A DNA stretch of 64,000 bases, taken from contig CAVZMH010000013.1 in assembly GCA_963776345.1 (NCBI GenBank), positions 1-64,000 of the forward strand, in the 5' to 3' direction. Positions 7,925 to 17,218 of this stretch are shown here, in pieces. The translations under genes and the position numbers were made by a program. The number at the start of each line of letters is the position of its first letter. Within the stretch, counting starts at the first letter, position 1. The DNA is from an uncultured delta proteobacterium. GTDB lineage: Bacteria; Myxococcota; Myxococcia; Myxococcales; Myxococcaceae. The notes below the pieces were generated by a model. The model was not told the origin of the DNA. It did no database searches and saw only the letters and a list, made by a program, of their open reading frames with translations.

Positions 7925-10428
7925 CTCGAGCCCTTCTGCTGTTGAGCAGCGTCCTGGGAACCGCCGTCCTGGCACAGTCGGTCACGCCGCCCCAGGTGGT
8001 GGAGTCCCCTCCCGCCGAATACCCGGTCGGAGCAACCACCAGCGCGACGGTGGTGACCCAGGTGACGGTCGACACGACCGGACACGTGACCACCGCCGAG
8101 ATCGCCGAGTCGGCCGGGAAGGCCTTCGATGACGCGGCGCTGGCGGCCGTGCGGAGATGGACGTTCCGGCCCGCGCTTCGCGACGGACAGCCCTTCGCCG
8201 CGCGGATCCGGATCCCGTTCCGCTTCGAGCCTCCCGTGGCTGCGACACCACCGGCGCAGCCCGATGCGGGAACACCGTCCGCTCCAGGCACCGAGGCTGC
8301 ACCGGTGGTGACTCCAGTGACATCGCCCGCAGAAGGTCCCGCCACTCCTCCCCCGTCCGGCGAGGTCACGGTGCGCGGGACCCGCCGCGTGGAGCGGGGC
8401 GGAAGCGACTTCCAGATCGAGATCGGCAAGCTCTCGGTCGTGACCAGGAGCGGAACGGCCAGCGATGTGCTCCTTCTCGCCCCCGGCATCTTCATCGCCA
8501 ATGAGGGCGGGGAAGGGCATGCGGACCAGGTCTTCCTTCGTGGCTTCAACCTCGAGCAGGGCCAGAGCCTGGAGTTCACGGTCAACGGCGTACCGATCAA
8601 CGACGTCGACAACCCGGACGGCCACGGCTACGCCGACTACCACTTCGTCATCCCCGAGCTGGTGAAGAACCTCCGGGTGATCGAGGGTCCGTTCGATCCC
8701 CACCAGGGCGACTTCGCCGTGGCCGGAAGCGCCGACTACCAGCTGGGGGTGGTCGAGCGCGGCATCCGCCTGCAGGGAGGCCTGGGAAACTACGGAACCA
8801 AGCAGGCCCTGGGCATCGTCGCTCCACCCGGCGAGCGAGAGGGGACATTCCTCGGGGTGAAGTACGAGAGCAGCGATGGCTGGGGATCGAACCGCGCCTA
8901 CTCGTACCTGAGCGCGATGGGCCAGTACGAAGGCGAGCTGGGCGAGCGCGGGCTCTGGCATCTTCTGGCGACGGCTTACTCCGACCACTACCGGAGCGCC
9001 GGCGTGGTCCGGCGGGACGCCCTCGACACCGTCGGCTTCTACGGCACGTTCGATCCGAGCCAGGGAGGCGATGCCCAGCGCTACACGATCGCCGCGGACA
9101 TCCTCTCGCCGGTGGGCGGGGGAACGTTGACCCAGCAGGTCTTCCTCACCTACCGCTCCCACAGGCTCGTGGAGAACTTCACCGGATTCCTGGAGGACGT
9201 CCAGGAGATCGGCCAGAGCCTGCACGATCAGCGGGGCGATGCGCGCCAGCAGGCCTACAACGCCATCGTCGCCGGCGCGCGAGGGAGCTATCGCGCTTCC
9301 ACCACCCTGCTGGGGCAGGAGCAATCGCTCGAGGTCGGCTACTACGCGCGCTACGACCACGTGACGCCGCAGGCTCAGCGTCTTCGCTTCGGAACACAGA
9401 TTCCGTACAAGACCGAGGACGACTTCGTCGACGACATCTTCAACCTCGCCGGCTATCTCGACCTCGACCTCCGGCCCGTGTCCTGGTTCTCGCTCCGCGG
9501 CGGGCTCCGCCAGGAGTACTTCTCGTACAACGTCCTCAACCAGTGCGCGACCTCGGGCAACTACACCCGCGGCCAGCCTCTGGACGTGGACTGTCCGCCC
9601 TACGACCGCGCGGGACCACGGCTTCCCGAGACCCGGGTCTCGGCGAGCGGCAGTGTCCTCGAGCCGAAGCTCACCGCCCTGGCTCGGGTCCACCCGTGGA
9701 TCACCCTGACCGCGAGCTACGGCATCGGCGCGGCCTCGTCGGACGCCCGGTACGTCTTCCAGAACAGCGAGTCGCCGTTCTCGAAGCTCCAGGCGGCCGA
9801 GGGTGGGGTGCTCTTCCACCACCAGTGGACCGATCTCGACCTCTCGGCGCGGGCGGTGGGCTTCTGGACCCACGTCGACCACGATCTCATCTTCGATCCC
9901 CAGCTCGGTCGTCTGGATCAGACCAACGGGACGACCCGGAAAGGCTTCGTGGGCGCCCTGCGAGCCACCGGCCGGTTCATCGACGAGAGCGCCTCCGTCA
10001 CCTACGCCTATGCGACCTACGACGACACGGGCCTTCTGGTGCCGTACGTGCCTGCCTGGGTCGCGCGCTCGGACACGTCGCTCTTCGGGCCGTTCTTCGG
10101 GCTGCGGATCAGCGACCAGCCCATCACCGGGACGCTGGGAGTGCGCTTCAGCTACATCGGCTCGCGCGCGTTGCCCTTCAGCCAGACCGCGCCCGGGAAC
10201 TTCGTCGTCGACCTTCACGCCACGCTCCGGTGGAGCTTGCTGGAGCTGGGGGTGAACGTCTGGAACCTCTTCAACCGGCAGTACGCGCAGAGCGAGTTCT
10301 TCTATGCCTCGGATTTCCACACGCGGCCGTACGCGACCCTCGCTCCGGCGTCTCACTTCACCGCCGCGGCCCCGCGCACGTATCTCCTAACTCTGGCCCT
10401 GATCTTCGACCAGGAGACTCGCCGATGA
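7921..10428 (+). CDS. TonB-dependent receptor with N-terminal TonB_C domain
   Basis: Signal peptide, FDDAALAAVRRWTFRPA (TonB_C), plug motifs GHADQVFLRGF and VIEGPFDPHQGDFAVAG, beta-barrel C-terminus. Confidence 0.9.
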   Translation: MTRALLLLSSVLGTAVLAQSVTPPQVVESPPAEYPVGATTSATVVTQVTVDTTGHVTTAEIAESAGKAFDDAALAAVRRWTFRPALRDGQPFAARIRIPFRFEPPVAATPPAQPDAGTPSAPGTEAAPVVTPVTSPAEGPATPPPSGEVTVRGTRRVERGGSDFQIEIGKLSVVTRSGTASDVLLLAPGIFIANEGGEGHADQVFLRGFNLEQGQSLEFTVNGVPINDVDNPDGHGYADYHFVIPELVKNLRVIEGPFDPHQGDFAVAGSADYQLGVVERGIRLQGGLGNYGTKQALGIVAPPGEREGTFLGVKYESSDGWGSNRAYSYLSAMGQYEGELGERGLWHLLATAYSDHYRSAGVVRRDALDTVGFYGTFDPSQGGDAQRYTIAADILSPVGGGTLTQQVFLTYRSHRLVENFTGFLEDVQEIGQSLHDQRGDARQQAYNAIVAGARGSYRASTTLLGQEQSLEVGYYARYDHVTPQAQRLRFGTQIPYKTEDDFVDDIFNLAGYLDLDLRPVSWFSLRGGLRQEYFSYNVLNQCATSGNYTRGQPLDVDCPPYDRAGPRLPETRVSASGSVLEPKLTALARVHPWITLTASYGIGAASSDARYVFQNSESPFSKLQAAEGGVLFHHQWTDLDLSARAVGFWTHVDHDLIFDPQLGRLDQTNGTTRKGFVGALRATGRFIDESASVTYAYATYDDTGLLVPYVPAWVARSDTSLFGPFFGLRISDQPITGTLGVRFSYIGSRALPFSQTAPGNFVVDLHATLRWSLLELGVNVWNLFNRQYAQSEFFYASDFHTRPYATLAPASHFTAAAPRTYLLTLALIFDQETRR

Positions 10429-11183
10429 AGCGGTCCCTGCTCAGCAGTGCCCTGCTGCTTCTCATGTCTTGTGGAAACACCACCGGCGGCGCGCTCATTC
10501 ACCTCCCGTTCACGGTCGGTGGACTGGAGCGGCCTGCGGCCGGGCCCCTGTCATTCGCCACGCCACTTGGATGGACGGTGACGCTCGACGAGGCGCGGAT
10601 CTCCCTCGGCCCCTATTACTTCAACGTCAGTCCGCCCTCCGGCGCCGCGATCCGAACCGGAATCGTGATCGTCCAGGCGACGCAGCAGCTGGTAGTGGAT
10701 CCGCTCGACCCGACCCTGGTCCCGATCTCGGATGGTGCCGACGGCCAGACCGGCACTGCGGTGGCGGTGGAGATGGGCCTCCTTCCCCCCGATCCCAGCC
10801 AGTCCCAGGACGCGCAAGATCTGCTCGGTCAGTCGGAGGCCTACGTGCGCGGGACCGCCACCAAGGCGGGGATGACGGTGCCGTTCGCCGGGTTCGTGAT
10901 CATCGACATCAGTCAGGCCAGCCCGCAGAAGCCGCCCGAGGCGCTCCAGCGGATCATCGGCTCCTTCGCTCCGTCGCTGATCTTCACCGCGACGCCCCAA
11001 CAGCTCGCGCTGCGGGTCGATCCCGGGCCCTGGTTCGATACCACCGACTTCTCGCAGCTCCTGGGATCGACACCGGATTCGGCCGGGAACTACACCTGGG
11101 ACAACAAGACCACCTTCCATGCGCAGTTGCTCCAGGGAATGCAGACGTTGACCGGATACTTGTTCACGCTCTCGCCGCAGTGA
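10425..11183 (+). CDS. Lipoprotein of the TonB operon
   Basis: MKRSLLSSALLLLMSC lipobox; ATGA overlap with the receptor stop. Confidence 0.8.
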   Translation: MKRSLLSSALLLLMSCGNTTGGALIHLPFTVGGLERPAAGPLSFATPLGWTVTLDEARISLGPYYFNVSPPSGAAIRTGIVIVQATQQLVVDPLDPTLVPISDGADGQTGTAVAVEMGLLPPDPSQSQDAQDLLGQSEAYVRGTATKAGMTVPFAGFVIIDISQASPQKPPEALQRIIGSFAPSLIFTATPQQLALRVDPGPWFDTTDFSQLLGSTPDSAGNYTWDNKTTFHAQLLQGMQTLTGYLFTLSPQ

Positions 11184-11195
11184 AGGGGCTCTCCG

Positions 11196-12109
11196 ATGCA
11201 CGAAGTGACTCTCGAACCCTGGATGCACCCGCATCGCTTCCTCGGCGCGCGGCATGACGAGCATGCCCGCAGGACGCGATGGGTCGTCGTGCTCACGTTC
11301 GGGATGATGGTGGTCGAGGTTACGGGTGGCCTCTGGACTCACAGCATGGCGCTCCTGGCCGATGGCCTGCACATGTCCACCCACGCGCTGGCGATCGGCA
11401 TCGCTACCCTGGCCTACGGCTACGCCAAGCGACACGGGCAGAGCGACCGGTTCGTCTTCGGGACCGGCAAGGTGGGAGACCTCGCCGGCTTCGCGAGTGC
11501 CATCCTGCTCGGGGTGGTGGCGGTTGGAGTGGCTGTCGAGAGTGTCCAGCGGATGATCGCATCCCGTGTCCCTCGCCTTCTCGGAGGCGCTGCCAATCGC
11601 CTGCGTGGGCCTGGCCGTCAATCTCGTATCCGCCGCGCTCCTGCACGACGAGGACGAGGGCGACCACGACAACAACCTTCGTTCGGCGTACGTGCATGTC
11701 GTGGCAGACGCCGCGACCTCGGTGCTCGCCATCGGCGCGATCCTCGGAGTGCACTACCTCGGATGGCGCTGGCTGGACCCGGCCATGGGCCTCGTCGGAG
11801 CAGCGCTGATTTCCAGCTGGTCCTTCGGCCTGATGCGTCGCGCAGCCGCAGTCCTGCTCGACCTCGCCGTCGCGCCGGAGCTGGCGGGACAGATCCGGAC
11901 GCAGGATCGAGCGGGGAGACGTGCGGATCAGCGATCTGCACGTCTGGAGGGTCGGCCCCGGCCACCACGCAGCCATCGTCTCCCTCGTCACGCACCAGGC
12001 CACCAGCGCGGATCGCTTCAGGCAGGCGCTGGCGGACCTCCCGGCCCTGAGCCACCTCACGGTGGAGGTCCAGTGCTGCGAGGAGCCGCCGCCGACAGCG
12101 TCCCTGTGA
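11196..12109 (+). CDS. dmeF: Cation diffusion facilitator (DmeF-like Co/Ni efflux), split by two frameshifts (about 11565 and 11915)
   Basis: SMALLADGLHMSTH, DNNLRSAYVHVVADAATSVLAI and DLHVWRVGPGH...LSHLTVEV lie in three successive frames. Confidence 0.8.
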
Positions 12110-12121
12110 CCACCCGTCCAG

Positions 12122-13978
12122 TCAGGCGCGGATGCGCCTCCGGGTCGACAGACCGAGTCCGATGAGCAGAGCGAGGACGGGGAGGGACTCATCCCCGGCG
12201 CTCGAGCAGCCGCCGTTGCTCGCGCCGCCCGTCGTTCCATATCTTCCATTGACCGCGATGGTCGCGATGTCGTTCACCGCGTTGAAGTTGGACGGCGAGG
12301 CGACGGTGACGTTGGTGCTCGCGGGGCTGCTCGAGCTCGCCTGGAACATCGAGGTCACCACCCGCGAGGTCTTTGGAGGGATGTCCCCCAGATTGCACGG
12401 GAAGGCGGTGGCGCAGTCGCCCGAATTGGACACGAAGCTCAGCCCGTTGCTCGCGTTCGTCAGAGTCACGCTGCTCGCTGTGGACGGCCCAGGATTGGTC
12501 ACGGTGAAGGTAAAGCTTCCGGTGGCCCCGGCCGCGAGCGTGCTCGGCCCCGTGCCGGTGACCGACACGTCGACCAGGAACCAGCCGACGTCCCTGAGGA
12601 GCGGCACGGTCAGGTCCAGTTCCGAGCCCAGAGAGGGGCTGATGACGGGCTCCATGAGGAGTGGAGGCGCGGCCGAGGTGTCCCAGTGGACGAGCGAGGA
12701 GCCGGTCAGGACCGTGCTCGGCGCGTACATGAAGGCCCGGGCCGAGGTGTCCGCGCCGGCGTAGCCCTTGGTGGCATCGCGGCGCAGCGAGGCGGTGACC
12801 GGACCGGCGGCCACCGCCGTCTTCAGCGTGGCGCCGTCGGCCTGGGTGATCCCGAGCACGGGGATGGTGAGGTCGGGCGCGTTGCCGCCCGGTGCGACCA
12901 GGCCGGTGGTGTAGTTCGCGATGAGGATGCCCTGCGCCCCGGCTGCCTGTGCGTTCCTCGCCTTCTCGACGAAGCTGCAGGGCGCGGCCTGCGGGCCTCG
13001 ATCGACGATGGCCAGCGCGCCCGTGAGCGGCTGGAGAGTCCCGCTGGCGGTGCAGGCATCAGACGGCGAAGCGACCTTGACCGGGCCCGAGATGGGATTG
13101 GTGCCGATGGTCGCCCCGAACTCCGCCGGGGCCAGGCTCAGGTAGTCCTTGACCGCGCCCGGACTCTGCGGCGCGGAGGTGACCGTGAACACGAGGGCGG
13201 GCTCGAGGGAAGTGGGAACCAGCGATTTCACCGTCGGCCCGTCCCAGGCGAGCCCGTTCCCGCTGGTCAGCGAGGCGAGACGGCCGCTGTCGTCGAGGTC
13301 GACCCAGTGCTTGCCGGTGCCCTCGTCGAAAAGGAAGTGCGACCAGATGTCGTTCTGCCCGTTGAGCTCCTTGCCGGTGGTGGGGTCGACGAAGGAGGAG
13401 AAGCCGAGGCCGTGTCCGAACTCGTGGAGCACGACGCTGAGGAGGTTGAGCTGCTGGCCGTGGTTCCCGTCGAAGCCGTAGTACCAGTCCACCCCGCCGA
13501 GGCAGCCGGACGTCCCGATGCTGGAGTTGAAGTTGGCGACGATGTCGTAGTTGTCAGAAACCGTCCCTTGGCCGGAGAGGAGGGCGCGGCCCGCGTAACG
13601 CTCGGTCTGGGCCGCCACGTACCAGGTGTTCTGCTCGGGGAAGCTCACCCCCGAGTTGCCGCTCGCGTAGACGACCGGAGAGTAGGCGCGGCCGAGAACT
13701 CCCGAGGTGGCGTCACAGGTGAGGGGCTGGAAGCTGGCCAGGATGTTGATCGTCACGTCGCTGTCGATCATCTGGCCCCAGAGTCGCGCCGCCTCCTCGA
13801 ACACCGCGAGGCGCTGGGCTCCGAGCGTGGTCCCCGGGTTGCCACCGACTGGAACCACCGGGGTCGGGTCGTTGAAGCCCGTTCCGGCCGCATCGGCGTT
13901 GGTAACCACCAGGTTCGCACCCGCAGATGCGGTGGCGCCGGCGAGCAGCGAGGCCGCCAGAATGCTTCGAAGCGTCAC
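12122..13978 (-). CDS. Secreted PA-domain zinc metallopeptidase with DUF11-like domain and MYXO-CTERM-like anchor
   Basis: HEFGHGLGF zincin motif, VDRG...CSFVEKARNAQAAGA (PA domain), C-terminal GGCSS...LALLIGLGLSTRRRIRA. Confidence 0.85.
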   Translation of the reverse strand: MTLRSILAASLLAGATASAGANLVVTNADAAGTGFNDPTPVVPVGGNPGTTLGAQRLAVFEEAARLWGQMIDSDVTINILASFQPLTCDATSGVLGRAYSPVVYASGNSGVSFPEQNTWYVAAQTERYAGRALLSGQGTVSDNYDIVANFNSSIGTSGCLGGVDWYYGFDGNHGQQLNLLSVVLHEFGHGLGFSSFVDPTTGKELNGQNDIWSHFLFDEGTGKHWVDLDDSGRLASLTSGNGLAWDGPTVKSLVPTSLEPALVFTVTSAPQSPGAVKDYLSLAPAEFGATIGTNPISGPVKVASPSDACTASGTLQPLTGALAIVDRGPQAAPCSFVEKARNAQAAGAQGILIANYTTGLVAPGGNAPDLTIPVLGITQADGATLKTAVAAGPVTASLRRDATKGYAGADTSARAFMYAPSTVLTGSSLVHWDTSAAPPLLMEPVISPSLGSELDLTVPLLRDVGWFLVDVSVTGTGPSTLAAGATGSFTFTVTNPGPSTASSVTLTNASNGLSFVSNSGDCATAFPCNLGDIPPKTSRVVTSMFQASSSSPASTNVTVASPSNFNAVNDIATIAVNGRYGTTGGASNGGCSSAGDESLPVLALLIGLGLSTRRRIRA

Positions 13979-14337
13979 TGTACGTCCGCCCGGCGACCGC
14001 CAGAGAGGAACGCTTCCGCCTGCGGGGCGCTGTCGACGCAGGCCGTGGATACGGTTCCGTCCGGCTCGAGGCGGCCAACGACGACGTGCTGGTAGCCCTC
14101 ACCGAGGTTGACTCGCTTCAGCTGGCCCCCGTTGGGTGAGGGAACGACCTCCGTCGGGCTGGCGGAGCGGGTGGTCGCGGCTCGAACCGCCTCCACGACC
14201 TGGGGGGAGGCCCTGGTGGAAGACCCGGGAGTACCGCCGGAGGGGCTTGGGGCCGCCGGCTCAGCACAGGCGCCCACGCCTGAGATCACGAAGACGAGGA
14301 GCGCCCCGCCCGGGCCGAATCGAGTAATCCAGCACAT
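13975..14337 (-). CDS. Small exported protein translationally coupled to the peptidase
   Basis: Hydrophobic N-terminus with GAC; stop overlaps the peptidase start (GTGA). Confidence 0.6.
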   Translation of the reverse strand: MCWITRFGPGGALLVFVISGVGACAEPAAPSPSGGTPGSSTRASPQVVEAVRAATTRSASPTEVVPSPNGGQLKRVNLGEGYQHVVVGRLEPDGTVSTACVDSAPQAEAFLSGGRRADVQ

Positions 14338-14625
14338 ACAACCTCCAACGGCCCCTCGACGCCGGGTTTAGCGGCTTCATTCTCCAGCGGTCAACCGCGA
14401 GCGAGCACGCGCAACGGGGTGACAGCTGTCCACTCGCACGCTCGCCCTGGCAAACAGTCACACTCGGGCAGAGAGTGTCAACGCCACGTCACCCAGGACG
14501 CGCTGCTGAACGCGCGAGCCGTAAACGTCCTGAGAAACCCGCCGTCACCCTGCAGTCACTGTCAGCGATGTCTGGGGACTGATTCCGACCCGTTCCCCGC
14601 TCGAATATGCCACGGGCATTGACCC

Positions 14626-14656
14626 TTGACAGTAGATTCTAATTAGAATCTACTTA
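14626..14656 (+). promoter_or_regulatory. Candidate promoter with a perfect 24-bp palindromic operator (14631-14654)
   Basis: TTGACA at 14626-14631, then agtagattctaattagaatctact (self-complementary, AT-rich) ending 6 nt before ATG 14661; homologous to 31278-31308. Confidence 0.75.
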
Positions 14657-14660
14657 GGGC

Positions 14661-14993
14661 ATGGGAAGGACTCCACTTCCGAAGGACGAGGCTCTCCAGC
14701 CCCTGAACGTGAAGGTTCCCTCCGAGGACCTGTACTTCGTCCAGGAAGTGCTCAGACCCATGCTCGGGGTCTCGTACAACGCCGAAGCGGTCCGCGAGGT
14801 CCTCGTCCAGCTCCGGACCTGCTTCCGGCTTCCCCGGTACGTCGTCGATGTTCTCGAGGCCGAGATGAAGGCCAAGAAGCTCAACATCCTTGGCTACGTC
14901 CAGGAGCTCCTGCTCCGCCGCTACGAGGCTCTTCGCGACGGAAGGGCCCCACAGGCCACGAGCCGGCCAGTGGGTGGACGTCGAGAACGCTAG
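14661..14993 (+). CDS. Small conserved element protein, tandem ribbon-helix-helix-like DNA-binding protein
   Basis: 89 of the first 93 aa are identical to 31313-31645. Two strand-helix-helix patterns (LNVKVPSEDL..., TCFRLPRYVV...). Fold is inferred. Confidence 0.75.
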   Translation: MGRTPLPKDEALQPLNVKVPSEDLYFVQEVLRPMLGVSYNAEAVREVLVQLRTCFRLPRYVVDVLEAEMKAKKLNILGYVQELLLRRYEALRDGRAPQATSRPVGGRRER

Positions 14994-15068
14994 GCTAGGC
15001 CGTCCGGGAGGGTTGGAGGCCCCGATGGAACTCTCGAGCGAGTGCTGGGAGAGGAAGCGAGGCGCCGG

Positions 15069-15329
15069 ATGAGCCAGCACGGACTGCCAACGCCCACGGA
15101 GCTCGTCGACGCACCGGAACCCGAGGCCGAGCTCGCGACTGTAGGGGAGGCAGCCCGCTTCCTGCGCGTTTCGAAGAGCTGGCTCTACGCCAAGGCGGCC
15201 GAGAATGCCGTTCCGCACGTGAGCGTCCTCGGCCGACTCCGGTTCCACATGCCGACGCTCCGGGCGTGGGTGCTCGGGCGATCCGAGCCGCGCGGAACCG
15301 TGCTTCCCTTCACCAGGAACGGACCGTGA
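15069..15329 (+). CDS. Excisionase/AlpA-like HTH protein upstream of the integrase
   Basis: LATVGEAARFLRVSKSWLYAKAAENAVPHVSVLGRLRF. Confidence 0.8.
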   Translation: MSQHGLPTPTELVDAPEPEAELATVGEAARFLRVSKSWLYAKAAENAVPHVSVLGRLRFHMPTLRAWVLGRSEPRGTVLPFTRNGP

Positions 15330-15369
15330 GTCAGCCGCTCGAGGTGTCATTGGCGGGAGGAGAACGGCG

Positions 15370-16827
15370 GTGGCCTACCAGCGCCAGGACTTGAAGGGAC
15401 GGAGCCGCTGGATCGCCCAGTGGACTGACCCGGCGACGGGCCGACTCCGGCAGAAGTCGGTCCGGGCGAAGGACAAGCGGGAGGCGGATCGGCTCGAGTT
15501 CGAGCTTCAGCGCCATGCGCAGCGGCAGCGCGAGGGCCTCGAGCCGCTTGGCTCGGACGCTGGAGCCGCGACGGTCGGTCGGCTCTTGGACCGCTGGCTC
15601 ACTGCGAAGCAGCACGCGCCATCCGCCGCGCGCGACGCCAGTGCGGTGCGCAAGCACCTCCTCGCCTCGGCCCTGGCGGACATCGTGGTGTCGCAGCTCA
15701 AGGCGTCGGACGTCGAGAACTTCCTGGACGAGAAGCTCGCCTCAGGGCTCGCCCCGCAGACGGTGAACCACCTCCGGGGGTACGTATCGCGCGCGTTCAC
15801 CACCGCCCGGCGCAAAGGCTGGTGGACGGGCGTGAACCCGGTGGCCGACGTGCAGCGCCAGCCAGTCCCCAAAGGCGTCGTCGGGGACTACCTCCGCGTC
15901 GAGGAGGTGCCGCTCGTCCTCGGGCAGCTTGCGCGACGCTGGCGGCCGCTCTTCGCCGCAGCGCTGTACACGGGGCTGCGAAAGGGCGAGCTCCGGGCGT
16001 TGCGGAAGGAGGATGTGGATCTGGAGCGCGGCCTCATCCTCGTCCGGCGCTCAGGTGCGCGGGCGACGACGAAGGGCGGGCACGCCGACGCCATCCCCAT
16101 CCACCCGGAGCTGGTGCCCTTCGTACGGCACGCCATCGACAGCTCACCGAGCCCGCTCGTCTTCCCAGGGCACGACGGCGGCATGTTCGCCGAGGACACC
16201 GACCTGGCCGCGGTGCTGCGCCGGGCGATGGCCCGGGCGGGCCTGGTGACGCACTGGACGCACGTCTGCCGGCGGAAGCGCTGCGCGCACCGGGAGGATG
16301 CGCCGGACAACGGCCAGCGGCGCTGTCCGGAGCACCGCTGCCTGCTCTGGCCGAAGCCGCACGTGCGCCCGATTCGGTTTCACGATCTCAGACACTCGGC
16401 AGCGAGCCTGCTCTTCATGGCCGGCGCGGACGCGGTGGCCGTCCAGAAGCTTCTCCGGCACCGCGACCTCCGGCTCACGACCGAGACCTACGGCCATCTG
16501 GCTCCCGGCTATCTCCAGGCCGAGCTCGGCAAGCTGCGGCTCCTCGGCGAAGCGAAGACGGCGGAGCTCGTCCCGCGGGCCGCCGTCGCGAGCGCTTCCC
16601 GCACGGCAGATTCACGGCAGACCGATCGGGGACGACGAACCGCCCGGCGAAAGGCGGCGGGATTTCCGCCCGCCTTTCAGGCGCTTCGACTGAGCGGGAG
16701 ACGGGGGTCGAACCCGCGACCCTCGGCTTGGGAAGCGCATCGGCGGCGATTCCGCCGCTTCCACGGGTTCAGACCGGTTGCGCCCGGGTCGTCATTCCGT
16801 GGGGTTGGCGACGGCACGGGCGGCTGA
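15370..16827 (+). CDS. Tyrosine recombinase/integrase of element B; reads through the middle att site
   Basis: GLRKGE, TTK, FHDLRH, LRH and TYGH catalytic motifs; SAM-like domain (LAPQTVNHLRGYVSRAF). Confidence 0.93.
   Translation: MAYQRQDLKGRSRWIAQWTDPATGRLRQKSVRAKDKREADRLEFELQRHAQRQREGLEPLGSDAGAATVGRLLDRWLTAKQHAPSAARDASAVRKHLLASALADIVVSQLKASDVENFLDEKLASGLAPQTVNHLRGYVSRAFTTARRKGWWTGVNPVADVQRQPVPKGVVGDYLRVEEVPLVLGQLARRWRPLFAAALYTGLRKGELRALRKEDVDLERGLILVRRSGARATTKGGHADAIPIHPELVPFVRHAIDSSPSPLVFPGHDGGMFAEDTDLAAVLRRAMARAGLVTHWTHVCRRKRCAHREDAPDNGQRRCPEHRCLLWPKPHVRPIRFHDLRHSAASLLFMAGADAVAVQKLLRHRDLRLTTETYGHLAPGYLQAELGKLRLLGEAKTAELVPRAAVASASRTADSRQTDRGRRTARRKAAGFPPAFQALRLSGRRGSNPRPSAWEAHRRRFRRFHGFRPVAPGSSFRGVGDGTGG
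16597..16626 (+). promoter_or_regulatory. Paired CACGGC repeat, candidate arm-type site of element B (integrase side)
   Basis: Matches 1533-1564. Confidence 0.65.
16692..16736 (-). repeat. att site (middle copy), junction between elements B and A; 45-bp duplicate of the tRNA-Gly 3' half
   Basis: Identical to 33429-33473. Confidence 0.95.
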
Positions 16828-16871
16828 CCCCCTTCCATCGGCTCCACTGGTTCCACCGGATCCGCTCCCGT

Positions 16872-16893
16872 TTGCTTCACCGCTTGCTTCAGG
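16872..16893 (+). promoter_or_regulatory. Paired TTGCTTCA repeat (12-bp spacing), candidate arm-type site of element A
   Basis: ttgcttcaccgcttgcttcagg matches ttgcttcaccccttgcttcacc at 33338-33359. Confidence 0.7.
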
Positions 16894-16939
16894 GGTCCGG
16901 GGGCAGAGCCCCGTGCGGCTCGGCGAAGCCCGGCGCCTC

Positions 16940-17095
16940 ATGACCGTTCACGAGGCGGCCGAGCGGCTCCGAGTACGGCCGGTGACGGTGTACCGGCTTT
17001 GTGCGCGTGGCACCCTGCCCCATCTGCGCGTCTCCAATGCCATCCGCCTGCGGGTCGAGGACCTCGAGGACTTCGTCCACAGGGATGGTCGATGA
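16940..17095 (+). CDS. Excisionase-like HTH domain; frame is open from the att core (16736) and in frame with integrase A on the excised circle
   Basis: MTVHEAAERLRVRPVTVYRLCARGTLPHLRVSNAIRLRVEDLEDF; no stop between 16736 and 17093. Confidence 0.8.
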   Translation: MTVHEAAERLRVRPVTVYRLCARGTLPHLRVSNAIRLRVEDLEDFVHRDGR

Positions 17096-17218
17096 ACTCG
17101 AGCGACAATGCCCTCAAGAGGATCCCCATTCGGCACCTCGGTTGCGGAAGTGGTGCGGCGGGCAGTCGACCAGGACTGTGGTGTGCTACTCCGTCCGGCA
17201 ACCGCGACGGGAGGGGCG

